DNA from: Vicinamibacteria bacterium
GTDB taxonomy: Bacteria; Acidobacteriota; Vicinamibacteria; Marinacidobacterales; Marinacidobacteraceae
Direction: 5' to 3'
NCBI GenBank assembly: GCA_963422395.1
Contig: OY729431.1
Location: 1,504,001 to 1,568,000, forward strand
Length of the DNA: 64,000 nucleotides
This document shows positions 38,672 through 48,569 of this stretch, one piece after another (positions within the stretch are counted from its first letter, which is position 1; every line of letters starts with the position of its first letter). Made by a program: the position numbers and the translations under genes. The notes under the pieces were generated by a model. The model saw only the letters and a list, made by a program, of their open reading frames with translations. It was not told the DNA's origin and searched no databases.

Positions 38672-38983
38672 ATGGAGATCAGGTTCGAAGGGCGCGGGGA
38701 GCGCTGGACGGGCGCCGCCCGGATCGCCGAGCGGCAGGAAACCGACAAATACCAACCTTGGTCGGTCGAGGTCGAAAGCGGCGGCCGTTCCGTCGAGGGG
38801 ACGATGCTGGTGACGGATCTGGCTGCGGAGGCCGCCTCCGAAAAGGCCCGAAGCAGCGGGGAAGATCCCGGCGCCATCCTGGCGCGCGCCTTTTCGCAGT
38901 CGCTCACCGCCGAACTCGGACTCCGCTCGCTCGCCTCCGGTTTCCGTTTCGTCGTGGATCACCGCTGGATCGTCGGTTACTGA
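38672..38983 (+). CDS. Hypothetical protein
   Basis: 103-aa ORF with GC3-biased codons, starting 11 nt after the peroxidase stop. Confidence 0.6.
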   Translation: MEIRFEGRGERWTGAARIAERQETDKYQPWSVEVESGGRSVEGTMLVTDLAAEAASEKARSSGEDPGAILARAFSQSLTAELGLRSLASGFRFVVDHRWIVGY

Positions 38984-39045
38984 ATCCGGCGCGCCCCTCC
39001 GGGATCGCCCTGCGGCCCGCTTGGCGGGTCGTCCGCCGAATCGGG

Positions 39046-40014
39046 TTACGGCGGGTCGGGGAGTTCGAAGGCGCCGTAGTAGCCGCGCCGCGCCCGGATC
39101 TCGACATCGCCGAGGTCGGGACGGTCGATTTCCACTTCGATGCGCCGGTATCGGCCCTCTCGTCGGGAGTTCGTCGAGATGTACCCCAGGTTGTACTGGC
39201 TGTAGAGCTCGTCGAGGATTCGGTCGTAGAGCTCGTCGAGCTGATCCAGCGAGGAAGCGAGGGAATACGAGCCGCCGCTGGCATCGGCGATGGCGCGCAG
39301 AAAACGCGAATCGTGAAAGGCTTCATCGTGCCGCCTGCGGTCGCCGAAGTGGATCGAATGGATCTTGGTGTCCCCGAGCTTCACGAGGTCGAGCGCTTCC
39401 GAGAACATCAGCGTGGAGCGTGAATCGGCCCCATCGCTGAACACCGCCAGGGTCTTCCGGCCTTCGTAGTCGTACACCCGGTCGAGGAAAGTGGCGACCG
39501 CATCGTAGAGCGCGGTCCAGCCGTCGGCTTCGATGTCGTAGATCCGGTTGGAGATGGTGCGCTGATCGTCCGAGGAATACTCGGAGAGCCAGATGTTCTC
39601 GTCGAAGCTGATGATGAAGAGATGCTCCGTTCGCGGGATGTTCGTGAGGAACTTGATCGCCGCCTCCCGCAGCAGCGGCATGTCCTCCTCCATGCTGCCC
39701 GAGGAATCGAGCAGCAGCCCGATCACCTGCCGCATCGAGAGTTCCTCCTTCTGTTCCGGGGGCAGCTCGACCCAGGACTCCTCGATCCCGGCGCCGAACA
39801 CCACGATCTCCTGCTCCACGCCATCCTCGAGGATCCGGAAATCCCGGGCGGCGAGCCCGGTGATGAACTCGCCGTTCTTCCGCGTGACCGCAACCGGAAC
39901 CGACACCAGATCCACGCCGGCCTCGAAGCGGGGAATTTGGGGGGAGTCCTGTCCGAACCCCCCGCTGACGGCCGCACCGGTACCGAGCGCGAGAGCCAGG
40001 ACTTTCAGCCTCAT
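39046..40014 (-). CDS. VWA domain protein (acidobacterial VWFA-type)
   Basis: Signal peptide, VDLVSVPVAV..DFRILEDGVEQ, DSSGSM, TALYDA, FSDGAD, QYNLGY, ARRGYY. Confidence 0.88.
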   Translation of the reverse strand: MRLKVLALALGTGAAVSGGFGQDSPQIPRFEAGVDLVSVPVAVTRKNGEFITGLAARDFRILEDGVEQEIVVFGAGIEESWVELPPEQKEELSMRQVIGLLLDSSGSMEEDMPLLREAAIKFLTNIPRTEHLFIISFDENIWLSEYSSDDQRTISNRIYDIEADGWTALYDAVATFLDRVYDYEGRKTLAVFSDGADSRSTLMFSEALDLVKLGDTKIHSIHFGDRRRHDEAFHDSRFLRAIADASGGSYSLASSLDQLDELYDRILDELYSQYNLGYISTNSRREGRYRRIEVEIDRPDLGDVEIRARRGYYGAFELPDPP

Positions 40015-40072
40015 CGGCCGAATTCTCCCACGAGTGGAAGCGACCCGCATGAGCGGGGCGGATCGGTCTTCG

Positions 40073-41932
40073 TCAGACCAGTCCTTCGACGGTCGCAAGC
40101 GCGAGGTCGAAGCGGTGGAAAGGAGGCATCACATAGACCCCCGCCGCGAGCCCGCGCGCCGCTCTCACCATCTCCCTGGCGACCGAAACACCGACCTCGC
40201 GCGCCCGTTCGCGGGTCGGCGCCGCCGCGAGCCGGGCGCGCACCGTCTCCGGCACCGTCATCCCCGGCACTTCGTTGTGCAAGAACTCGGCGTTCCGGGA
40301 ACTCACCAACGGGAGCACTCCCACCAGCACCGGCACCCCTTCCTCTCGGATCCGGCCGAGAAAAACCTCGAGCAGGCGGGGTTCATAGACCGGCTGGGTG
40401 AGGCAGTAGTGCGCGCCCGCCTCCCGTTTGCGGTGGAACTTCCGGATCTCGGCTTCCGGATCGGGGGCCGCGGGATTCGCTCCCACGCCGATGTGGAACG
40501 CGACGGTTCCCCCGAGGGTGTTGCCGGCCAGATCGCGTCCGTTTCCCAAGCCGTCGAGGATCCGGACCAGGCCCACCGAATCCACATCGAAGACAGCGGT
40601 CGCGTGCGGATAATCCCCGAGTTTCGGTGGATCTCCGGTCACCGCCAGCAGGTTGCGGATGCCGAGCGCGTGGGCGCCGAGCAGGTCCGCCTGGATTCCG
40701 ATCAGGTTCCGATCCCGGCACTGGTAATGGAGGATCGCTTCGACCTTCGCGTCGCGCTCCAAGAGAGCGGCGAAGGCGATCGCGCTCATGCGCGCCGTCG
40801 CCCGCGGCCCGTCGGCGATGTTCACGAAGCGAATTCCCGCACCCGCAAGCCGTCGGGCGCGGTCGAGGAACCGGCCGGCGCCGCCCCCCCGGGGCGGATC
40901 CATCTCCAACGAAACCACGAATTCTCCCTGCGCCAGAGCCCGCGCCAATGTGGAGCGCTCGCTGGCCGGAACCGTCGCGGCCCTTGCCGAGGGGGCCCCG
41001 GTGCGCTCCACGCGGGCCCTCCGCGCGGGAACGGATTCGCGGGGGCGTCCCGCCGAAGCCGCCCGGACCACGCCGGAGATCGCCGCGATGTGTTCCCGCC
41101 CGGTGCCGCAACAGCCGCCGATCATCGCGACGCCGAGCCCGAGGTAGCGCTTCGCGTAATGGGCCACATAGTCTGGCGAAGAGGGATAGAGAAAACGACC
41201 TTCGACTCTCGCTGGAATGCCGGCGTTCGGCTGCGCCACCAGCGGTAACTCCACTGCTTCCCGCATCCGTTCGAGTGCGGCCAGCGTGCTTTCCGGCCCC
41301 ACCCCGCAGTTGGAACCCACCGCGTCGGCCTCGGCGTCGGCGAGGGCCCGGGCGGCCCGTTCCGGGGACGCGCCGAGGAGCGTCTCCCCCTGCCCGGAAA
41401 AGGTCAGGAGCACGAGTACTCCGATTTGCGGTGCCGCCTCTCGAGCGGCACCCAGAGCCAGCAGCGCCTCCGGCAGGCTGGTGAAGGTCTCGAGCAGCAG
41501 GGCGTCGGCGCCGGCCTCGACGAGGGCGGTGACCTGTTCGGCGAACGCCGCCCGGATCGCTGCCGCCGCCTCCTCGTCGAAGGGGCCCACCACCTCTCCG
41601 GTCGGCCCTACGGAACCGAGCACGAGCGCTTCCGAGCCCGCCGCGCTCCGCGCGATCTCGACGCCGGCGGCGCTGATCGCGGCGACCTCCGCCCCGAGCC
41701 CGTACCGCGCCAGCTTGTAGCGATTCGCTCCGAAGGTGTTCGTGGTGATGAGCTCTGCGCCTGCGCCCCGGTGCGCTGCGTGGATGGCCCGCACCCGCTC
41801 GGGATCCCGCTGGTTCAGCTCGTCGAACGAACGCCCGGGAGAGGCTCCTGCGGTGTAGAGGGCCGCACCCATCGCGCCATCGCCCACCCGGGGCCGCTCC
41901 TTCAAGAAGGCGGCGAGTTCGGCGCGGCGCAT
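40073..41932 (-). CDS. Bifunctional homocysteine S-methyltransferase / methylenetetrahydrofolate reductase (YitJ-type)
   Basis: GDGAMG, TNTFGAN, GSNCGVGP, GGCCGT, then LEMDPP, CRDRN, VTGDPP, TQPVY. Confidence 0.92.
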   Translation of the reverse strand: MRRAELAAFLKERPRVGDGAMGAALYTAGASPGRSFDELNQRDPERVRAIHAAHRGAGAELITTNTFGANRYKLARYGLGAEVAAISAAGVEIARSAAGSEALVLGSVGPTGEVVGPFDEEAAAAIRAAFAEQVTALVEAGADALLLETFTSLPEALLALGAAREAAPQIGVLVLLTFSGQGETLLGASPERAARALADAEADAVGSNCGVGPESTLAALERMREAVELPLVAQPNAGIPARVEGRFLYPSSPDYVAHYAKRYLGLGVAMIGGCCGTGREHIAAISGVVRAASAGRPRESVPARRARVERTGAPSARAATVPASERSTLARALAQGEFVVSLEMDPPRGGGAGRFLDRARRLAGAGIRFVNIADGPRATARMSAIAFAALLERDAKVEAILHYQCRDRNLIGIQADLLGAHALGIRNLLAVTGDPPKLGDYPHATAVFDVDSVGLVRILDGLGNGRDLAGNTLGGTVAFHIGVGANPAAPDPEAEIRKFHRKREAGAHYCLTQPVYEPRLLEVFLGRIREEGVPVLVGVLPLVSSRNAEFLHNEVPGMTVPETVRARLAAAPTRERAREVGVSVAREMVRAARGLAAGVYVMPPFHRFDLALATVEGLV

Positions 41933-42105
41933 GAGCCGGCGGATTCTAGGTGCCGTCTCCGAGGGGTCCGTCCGGGCGGTGAGCGGGTGCGGCGCCTGCA
42001 TCCCTGCGGCCGGCGGTGACCTTGCAGCAGGTTGTTCCTGCAAGTGACCCGCTTGCGCGCGGAGCGCCTGGCAGGGCTTGGGGACCGGTCCTCCCGCCCG
42101 CATTG

Positions 42106-42846
42106 CTAGCGGGGGAAGAGGAAGGCAGCGGCGCCGCCGATGGCGAGGAGAGCACCGAAAGGGAGCGGTGTATCGCGGCGGATCCGCCCCGCCAGCAGCA
42201 AAGGGGCTGCCGCCAGCAGGCCGAGCAGAGAGGCTGCTGCCATCGCGCCGAGAGTCTGCGCCGGGCCCAGAAAGGCCCCGATCAGCAGCAGCATCTTGAT
42301 GTCGCCCCAGCCCACCGCCTCGATTCGCCGGAGACGGAGCCAGGCTGCGCGAAGCCCGAAGAGAAGTCCCGCTCCGGAGGCCGCCCCCAGTACTGCGGAG
42401 ACGATATCCATGTCGGGACGCGGGCCGGCGAGGATGAAGCCGAGGGCCGCGCCCGGCAGCGTGAGCGCATCGGGCAGGACCAGTCGTTCCCAGTCACAAG
42501 CACCGAGCGCCAGCAACAGACTCAGGAAGCAGACCCAGGCGCCGAAGACCGCGGCTCCCTCTCCGGCCGGGGCATACACCACGATCGCGGCAGCCGCGAT
42601 CTCGACCAGCGGATAGCGACAGGAGATCGGATCCCGACAATCGCGGCAGCGGCCCGCGAGAAACACGAAGGACAACACCGGCAAGTTGTCTCTGACCCGG
42701 ATCGCCGCGCCGCAAGACGGACACCGCGATCCGGGAAGGAGCAAGGACTGCCCGGCCGGCATTCGATGGATCAGGACATTGAGAAAGCTCCCGAGGACGA
42801 GCCCCGCAGCGAGCCGCACGGCGAGGAACTCCGTGATCTCCGGCAT
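42106..42846 (-). CDS. pilD: Prepilin peptidase
   Basis: GSFLNVLIHR, CPSC/CRDC zinc motifs, YPLVE, GWGDIKM, PFG. Confidence 0.92.
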   Translation of the reverse strand: MPEITEFLAVRLAAGLVLGSFLNVLIHRMPAGQSLLLPGSRCPSCGAAIRVRDNLPVLSFVFLAGRCRDCRDPISCRYPLVEIAAAAIVVYAPAGEGAAVFGAWVCFLSLLLALGACDWERLVLPDALTLPGAALGFILAGPRPDMDIVSAVLGAASGAGLLFGLRAAWLRLRRIEAVGWGDIKMLLLIGAFLGPAQTLGAMAAASLLGLLAAAPLLLAGRIRRDTPLPFGALLAIGGAAAFLFPR

Positions 42847-42871
42847 TTTTCCGATCGCTCCCCTGCCGTTT

Positions 42872-43768
42872 TCAGCGCCCAGGAATCCCCGCCAGCGGGG
42901 AGTCAGGGGCGATCCACGGCGTGCCCCCTGCTCCCAGCCGGTAGGGAGTTCCCGCCGGGTCCAGAGGTGCGCCGTCGAGAAGACCAGCCCTGGAGAGATC
43001 GGCCCAGCTCTGCGGCGGCTGCCCGATCCGGTGCTCGAACTCCCGCACCAGCAGCGCGAGCTCATCGAGGCGGTCCATGGCGTCGAGCTGCAGCAGGTGG
43101 GTCCTGGCGTTGGCCCGGGCCCGCGGATGAGGGGCGCGCCGGAGCAGCGTGCGCCAGAGCGAGCGCGCGGTCCCCCGCTCCCCCGCTTGGGTCCAGGAGC
43201 GGGCAGCGAGCGAAGCGAACCACGCGGGTGCACCTTCCCGGTTGCCCGCCGCCGCGAAGATCCGGGCAGCCCCGCCCGGATCCCGGAGGTGCCAGTGACG
43301 CACCAGCCCCCGCAGCAGCAAGGCCTCCCAGTCCCGCGGGTGCCGCGCCGTCCAGGCGTCGAGCACGGCATCGGCGGCTCCCGGCTCTCCGGCTCCGAGC
43401 GGCGAACCCTCAGCGAGCAGCAACGCCCCGTCCACAGCTGCGGCCCGGTGTTCCGGATCGAAACGCAGCGCCAGGCCGATGAGGGCGCGGAGCCCCGGGA
43501 AGTCGGGGTCTCCGGCGAGCCGGCGGGTGCCGTAGTACTGGACGGCGGCGATCCAGTTGGAGTCGGCGAGAAGTCGGCGAGCCCCGCGGGGTAAGGCGGC
43601 TACGACGCCATCGCCGAGTACTGCTCCCAGGGGTGCCGGAGCAACCTCGGCAGAGCGAGGATCGTGCTCTGCGACGCGGCTCGCAGCCACCAGACAGCAG
43701 ATCGCAAGGAGGCCTCCTGCCGTAGTCCATGCCATGGTCCATGCCGTCCGACGGCGAAAACGCGGCAT
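42872..43768 (-). CDS. Pilus-associated TPR-like membrane protein (PilG/XapA-like)
   Basis: N-terminal TM, LLADSNWIAAVQYYG, helical repeats, DPAGTPY. Lies between the ABC permease and pilD. Confidence 0.65.
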   Translation of the reverse strand: MPRFRRRTAWTMAWTTAGGLLAICCLVAASRVAEHDPRSAEVAPAPLGAVLGDGVVAALPRGARRLLADSNWIAAVQYYGTRRLAGDPDFPGLRALIGLALRFDPEHRAAAVDGALLLAEGSPLGAGEPGAADAVLDAWTARHPRDWEALLLRGLVRHWHLRDPGGAARIFAAAGNREGAPAWFASLAARSWTQAGERGTARSLWRTLLRRAPHPRARANARTHLLQLDAMDRLDELALLVREFEHRIGQPPQSWADLSRAGLLDGAPLDPAGTPYRLGAGGTPWIAPDSPLAGIPGR

Positions 43769-43775
43769 CGACGGC

Positions 43776-44561
43776 TCAGTGCGGCGCTCGCGACCGACGC
43801 GCGAGGCGCGGGAACAGGACGAGGGCCGCGGCCATCGTCCCTGCCGAATAGAGGATGGCGTAGAGAGTGGGCCGGACGAGGGCGGCGAAGTTCGGAGAGG
43901 AAACGGGTTCGAGGATGCTGAGATCGGGCAGCAGGAGTCGAGCCGCCGCGGAGAGCGGCTGCAGGTATGACAGCGGCGGCGCCGGCGGCAGGCTTCCCGA
44001 AAACCATCCCGCAGCAGCAGCCGCCGCGGCGAGAGTCGCCGCCGCTGCGGGGTGTACCAGCGCGCTGAAGAACACCGCCAGCGCCAGAACCACCAGGAGG
44101 CGGAGCAGCAAGAGCCAGCCGCTGACCACCGCCGCTTCCGCCGCCGCCCCGTACGCCGAGGCGAGCCAGACCAGCAGCGCGAGAGTGGCGAGGCCGGCAT
44201 ACGCGGCGAGCCCCGCTCCGAGCCCCAGGAAACGGCCCGCCAACAGCAAGGAAGCGGAGACCGGTCGGGCCAGTTCCACAGGACCGAGGACTCCTCCGCG
44301 GTCCGCCAGGCCGCTCCCGTACGAAAGCGCGAGCAGCCAGCCGAACAGGCCCGCCGCGGCCCAGCCGATATCCGCAGCGAGGCGCTCCCCGCTGCCCACC
44401 GATGCCGAGGACAGCACTGCCGCGAACCCGAGGGACGCCAACACGAGCGCCAGCGCGGCGATCAGGCTTCGGTCGTGGAAAAAGCCCCGGAAGGTGACCC
44501 CGGCGGTGGCGGCCAGAGGGCGGAGAGCAGGCGGTGCGCGCCGCCGGGAGCGGTCGCTCAA
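43776..44561 (-). CDS. ABC-2 type permease (PilI-like)
   Basis: About six TM helices, LARPVS..LLAGRFLG. Confidence 0.8.
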   Translation of the reverse strand: MSDRSRRRAPPALRPLAATAGVTFRGFFHDRSLIAALALVLASLGFAAVLSSASVGSGERLAADIGWAAAGLFGWLLALSYGSGLADRGGVLGPVELARPVSASLLLAGRFLGLGAGLAAYAGLATLALLVWLASAYGAAAEAAVVSGWLLLLRLLVVLALAVFFSALVHPAAAATLAAAAAAAGWFSGSLPPAPPLSYLQPLSAAARLLLPDLSILEPVSSPNFAALVRPTLYAILYSAGTMAAALVLFPRLARRSRAPH

Positions 44562-45370
44562 CGGCGATCGCGCGACGCCCGGCCGAGCGCTATGGCGAGC
44601 CAGTCCCCGGCAAGCCCGGGACCGCCGATCTCGCCCACTGTCGGGAGGGGCGGCTGCTGGCGCTCTCGTCCGGCGGCTGCTTCCCGGAATCCGGACGGCT
44701 TTCCTTCACCGGCGACGGCTCCATCCACCAGCAGGATCAGCCGGTCGGCCAGCGCCTCGACAGCCGCGGCATCGTGGAGGCTCAAGAGCACCGCCGCTCC
44801 GGACCGGGCGGCGTCGTGGATAGCGCCGATGGCCCGAATCCGCGCTACCGGGTCGAGCCCGGTGAGCGGCTCGTCCAGGATCAGGCCCGCGGGCCTGCCG
44901 AGGAGGGCCTGGGCAAGCGAGATGCGGCGGCGAACCCCTCGGGAGCAGCGCCCCGCTGGGGCGTCGAGCTGCGCCTCGATTCCGAGCGACTCGGCGGCGC
45001 GCTGCGCCTCCCGGCGGGAATCCTTCCGGGGCAGCCCCGCGAGAGCCCCCGCATAGCGAAGGAGGACACCCACCGGGAGTCCGGGCGGAAAGTGGTCCTG
45101 CTCTCCGGCGAATCCGAGCCGCCGCCGGGCTTCGGCATCGGCGGCGCGGCGGCCGTCGAGGAGGGCTTCGCCCGAATCCGGCGTGAGGAGCCCGGCCAGC
45201 AGACGCAGCGTCGTTGTCTTCCCCGAGGCGTTTTCACCGCAGAGGGCCACGACTTCGCCATCGCTCACGGCGAAGTCCAGCTTCCGCACCGCGGGCCGGC
45301 GTGCGACCGGGAGCCCGAAACGACCCGGCGCCGGATGACTGCCGGTCAGCGCCCGGGCGCGGATTTCCAA
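44558..45370 (-). CDS. ABC ATP-binding protein (PilH-like)
   Basis: GENASGKTT, CSRGVRRRI signature, LILDEPLTGLDP. Start re-placed to TTG 45370 after GGAG. Confidence 0.85.
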   Translation of the reverse strand: MEIRARALTGSHPAPGRFGLPVARRPAVRKLDFAVSDGEVVALCGENASGKTTTLRLLAGLLTPDSGEALLDGRRAADAEARRRLGFAGEQDHFPPGLPVGVLLRYAGALAGLPRKDSRREAQRAAESLGIEAQLDAPAGRCSRGVRRRISLAQALLGRPAGLILDEPLTGLDPVARIRAIGAIHDAARSGAAVLLSLHDAAAVEALADRLILLVDGAVAGEGKPSGFREAAAGRERQQPPLPTVGEIGGPGLAGDWLAIALGRASRDRR

Positions 45371-45392
45371 ACCGGCTGCTCCGATCTCCGAT

Positions 45393-46007
45393 TCATTCGA
45401 GAAAGGCGGTTGCGGCCGGCACCGGGCAATCGATGGCCGCGCCGGAAGGGGCGTTGTAGAGCGCTCCGCCGCTCGTCGCCGAGAAGGACCGCACTCCGGT
45501 GCGCCCCACATCGGCCGGCTCCGAGTGATAGCAGTAATCGAGCAGGCTTCCCGGGTCGCAGTGATCGGGCACGGTCGTAGGGGTCCCGTTCTCGGCCAGC
45601 GTCCGGTTGTAGCCGGACTTCACATAGGGGCTCGTTCTCCCGAGATCGGCGCCCAGGAATTCCGGCGCCGCATCCGGATAGTCGGGGATGCCGATCGTGC
45701 CGCCGCAGTCGGTGCCATTGCGGCAGAGGTGGGTCAGATCGGCGAAGAATCCGCAGTTGGACGCCGCGTAGGTCTGTTCGGCGGCGATCACCGCCCGCGA
45801 GTCACCGATCGCCTGTGCCTCGTTCGCGGAGAGGCGCGCTCGGAGAAGCTGGGGGATGGCGATTCCGGCGATGACCCCGATGATCGCGATGACGATCAGC
45901 AGCTCGATCAGGGTGAAACCCGCGGATCGGTGAGTAGCCTGCCCGGCTGTTTCGGGCCGATTCGCGAAGGGGTCTCCGAGCATGAATCGGAATGGGAACT
46001 GTTTCAT
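45393..46007 (-). CDS. Type IV pilin
   Basis: G|FTLIELLIVIAIIGVIAGIAIP cleavage/methylation motif, ARLSANE, TGVRSF. Confidence 0.92.
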   Translation of the reverse strand: MKQFPFRFMLGDPFANRPETAGQATHRSAGFTLIELLIVIAIIGVIAGIAIPQLLRARLSANEAQAIGDSRAVIAAEQTYAASNCGFFADLTHLCRNGTDCGGTIGIPDYPDAAPEFLGADLGRTSPYVKSGYNRTLAENGTPTTVPDHCDPGSLLDYCYHSEPADVGRTGVRSFSATSGGALYNAPSGAAIDCPVPAATAFLE

Positions 46008-46050
46008 AAGGATACGGCCTCCCGAGGCGTGATGGAATGAAGAGCGGAAC

Positions 46051-47163
46051 TCACGAGAGTCTTCCGACGAGGGTCCAGATCGGCAGATACATGGCGACGA
46101 CGATGCCCCCGATCACGCTGCCCAGAACCAGGATGAGCAGAGGTTCGAGGAGCGGCAGAATCGTCGCGGTGGCCCGTTTCACCTCCTCGTCGTAGAAGTC
46201 GGCCACTTTCTCGAGCGAAGTGTCGAGTTCGCCGGTTCGCTCGCCGACGCCGACCATCTGGACGACCATCGCCGGAAACAGACCACTCCGTTGCAGCGGC
46301 GCGGAAAGCGAGGAGCCCGCCTCCACCCGGGTCCCGATCTGCGAGAGCACTCGTTCGAGATACCGGTTCCCCACCGTGCGTCCGGAGATGGAGAGGCCTT
46401 CGAGTACCGGGACCCCGGCTGCCGTGAGCACCGAGAGGGTGCGGCAGAAGCGGGCCACCGCCGCGCGATGGAGGAGCTTTCCGAACAGCGGCAACGACAG
46501 CACCAGCCGATCGCAGACCACGCCCCCGGCGGCGGTTCGGCGGAGGCGTTGGACGGCGACGACCGAGCCCAGGAGCAGCAGCCCCGCGGCCAGCGCCCAG
46601 GAACCGAAGGACTGCGAAGCGTTCACGACGATGCGCGTAGCGAGAGGGAGCTCGGCATCGAGACCTCGGTAGAGGTCGCTGAACACCGGAACGACCCGCC
46701 AGAGGATCACCGAGACGACGAGCGCCCCGATGGCGCCCACCACGATCGGATAGGCGAAAGCGCTCCGAACCTGCGCCGAAATGCTGGCCGCTTTTTCCAG
46801 TTCGTCGGCGAGCCGGGTCAGGCTGCGGTCCAGCCGCCCCCCAGCTTCCCCGATGGCCGTCATCGCCACTGCGAGGCGCTGGAAGATCCGGGGATGTCGG
46901 CTCATGGCCTGAGCGAGCGAGCTGCCGGACTCCACATCGCGCGCCACTGTCTCCACGGCGCCGCGCAGACGCCGGTTGTCCTGTTGCCGGTGAAGCACCG
47001 ACAGGCTCTCCGCAAGCGGCAGGCCGGCGCCCACCATGACGGCGAGCTGTCTCATCATCACCGCGATCTGACGGCGGCCGACCGGAAGGAGCGCATCGAA
47101 CGAGACGATCGAGGCCCATCCCGCAGCATCCGATCGCCGCTTCGCGGCTCGCCAGAACTCCAC
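46051..47163 (-). CDS. pilC: Type IV pilus platform protein PilC (GspF family)
   Basis: RQLAVMVGAGLPL, GEAGGRLD, AYP, QMVGVGERTGELD, LEPLLI, AMYLPIW. Confidence 0.92.
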   Translation of the reverse strand: MEFWRAAKRRSDAAGWASIVSFDALLPVGRRQIAVMMRQLAVMVGAGLPLAESLSVLHRQQDNRRLRGAVETVARDVESGSSLAQAMSRHPRIFQRLAVAMTAIGEAGGRLDRSLTRLADELEKAASISAQVRSAFAYPIVVGAIGALVVSVILWRVVPVFSDLYRGLDAELPLATRIVVNASQSFGSWALAAGLLLLGSVVAVQRLRRTAAGGVVCDRLVLSLPLFGKLLHRAAVARFCRTLSVLTAAGVPVLEGLSISGRTVGNRYLERVLSQIGTRVEAGSSLSAPLQRSGLFPAMVVQMVGVGERTGELDTSLEKVADFYDEEVKRATATILPLLEPLLILVLGSVIGGIVVAMYLPIWTLVGRLS

Positions 47164-47178
47164 CGCTCCGCCCCCCGA

Positions 47179-48348
47179 TCATCCCCGTCCGCCCGTGCCC
47201 GAACGGAGAGTGGCCTCCAGGTTCTGGGGCTCGTTCGAGGCCGCGAGCGCGTCTCCCCGGGAGATGCTCCCCTGCCGGCAGAGCGCGGCGAGCGCGGTGT
47301 TGAGTCCGACCGCGGCGCCGCCGGCGCCCGCCTCCATGATGGCGAACAGCTGATGCAGCTTGTCCTCTCGGATCAGGTTTCGAGCGGCAGGGGTCGGCGC
47401 GAGGTGTTCCACGGCAAGCACCCGGCCGCGGCCGTCGGCCCGGGGGACCAACCGCTGGCAGTAGATCGTCTCCAGGGAGGCCGCGACCCGTACCCGCGCC
47501 TGACGATGTTTCGAAGCCGGGAACATCTCCACGATTCTGGTGAGCGCATGGATCACCGATCGGGCATGGATGGAGGCCAGCGCGAGATGGCCCGTCTCAC
47601 TGACGCGCAGCGCAGCGTCTGCGGTCTCACGGTCACGCACCTCGCCGATCATCACCACATCGGGATCGGAACGGAGCACCGAGCGAAGGGCGCTGTGGAA
47701 CGAAGCGGTGTCGCTGCCGACCTGGCGCTGGGTGATGAGAGCACGCCGGTTGGGGTGGACCACTTCGACCGGGTCCTCGATCGTGACCACATGCACCGGG
47801 CGGGTGTGGTTGATGCGATCCAAGAGGGCCGCGAGAGTGGTGGACTTCCCCGAACCGACCGGCCCCGCAGTCAGGATGAGGCCCGATCCGAGCCCTGCCA
47901 GGCGGGCGGCGCCGGCTGGCAGCCCGAGGCTTTCGAACGACGGCGCCTTTCGCCGGATGATTCGATAGACGGCGCCGAGAGCACCCCGGCGGCGGAACAC
48001 GCTGGCCCGGAAACGGGCCACTCCCTCCAGGGTGAATGCGAAGTCGGCCTCCCCGCCACCCTCTAGAAGCGCCTGGTACCGCTGTGGTATTCCGGCAGCC
48101 ACCATGGCTTCCACGGCTTTGGCGGGGGGAGGCTCGCTCCCCGCCGACGACAGCTTGCCGTCCACCCGGAACCGCGGGGAGGCGCCGGGGCTCAGATGCA
48201 GATCGCTGCCCCCGAGACGCACGAGTTCCTGGAGCAGCCGTCCGAGGCCCTCTTCGGGACTGGAAGGGGCTACTGGAGCGGACGAGCTCGGCGGATCTTC
48301 CTGCGGAGGGGCAGCGGCTCCCGGGAAGGGAGTCGGATCGGTCGCCAC
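47179..48348 (-). CDS. pilT: Type IV pilus retraction ATPase PilT
   Basis: SDLHL, GSGKST, TIEDPVE, DPDVVMIGEVRD, ETGHL, AARNLIRE. Confidence 0.9.
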   Translation of the reverse strand: MATDPTPFPGAAAPPQEDPPSSSAPVAPSSPEEGLGRLLQELVRLGGSDLHLSPGASPRFRVDGKLSSAGSEPPPAKAVEAMVAAGIPQRYQALLEGGGEADFAFTLEGVARFRASVFRRRGALGAVYRIIRRKAPSFESLGLPAGAARLAGLGSGLILTAGPVGSGKSTTLAALLDRINHTRPVHVVTIEDPVEVVHPNRRALITQRQVGSDTASFHSALRSVLRSDPDVVMIGEVRDRETADAALRVSETGHLALASIHARSVIHALTRIVEMFPASKHRQARVRVAASLETIYCQRLVPRADGRGRVLAVEHLAPTPAARNLIREDKLHQLFAIMEAGAGGAAVGLNTALAALCRQGSISRGDALAASNEPQNLEATLRSGTGGRG

Positions 48349-48475
48349 GAAGGATAAAGACGGAATTTCCGACGCAAACCGCCCAAAGATTTTTCACTGC
48401 TCCCAATCCACCCATACTGGCGCGCCCATTGCTTTCCGCTCCCGCCCGCTCCGCAGAGCCCGGCGGCGGTTGCTA

Positions 48476-48509
48476 GCAACCTGTGGACGAAACTCCGTTC
48501 GCAGGCTGC
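48476..48509. repeat. Minimal MITE (joined terminal inverted repeats)
   Basis: GCAACCTGTGGACG-AAACTC-CGTTCGCAGGCTGC; both arms resemble the family TIR GCAGCCTGTGGACG. Confidence 0.55.
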
Positions 48510-48569
48510 GAGACGGTCTCTACCCGGAAGCCTTCGGAGCAGCGCTCCCGGATGGGGGTCAGCCTTCGC

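Noticed and set aside
41950-42105. Long stem-loop upstream of the methionine gene as a possible SAM/SAH riboswitch
   Set aside because: I could not match the SAM-I, SAM-IV or SAH consensus. A TAGAAT -10 box just 10 nt before the ATG suggests the region is not in the leader. An Infernal search would settle it.
48349-48470. GACGCAAA motif upstream of pilT as a possible c-di-GMP-I riboswitch
   Set aside because: It is on the wrong strand relative to pilT, and the rest of the motif is missing.
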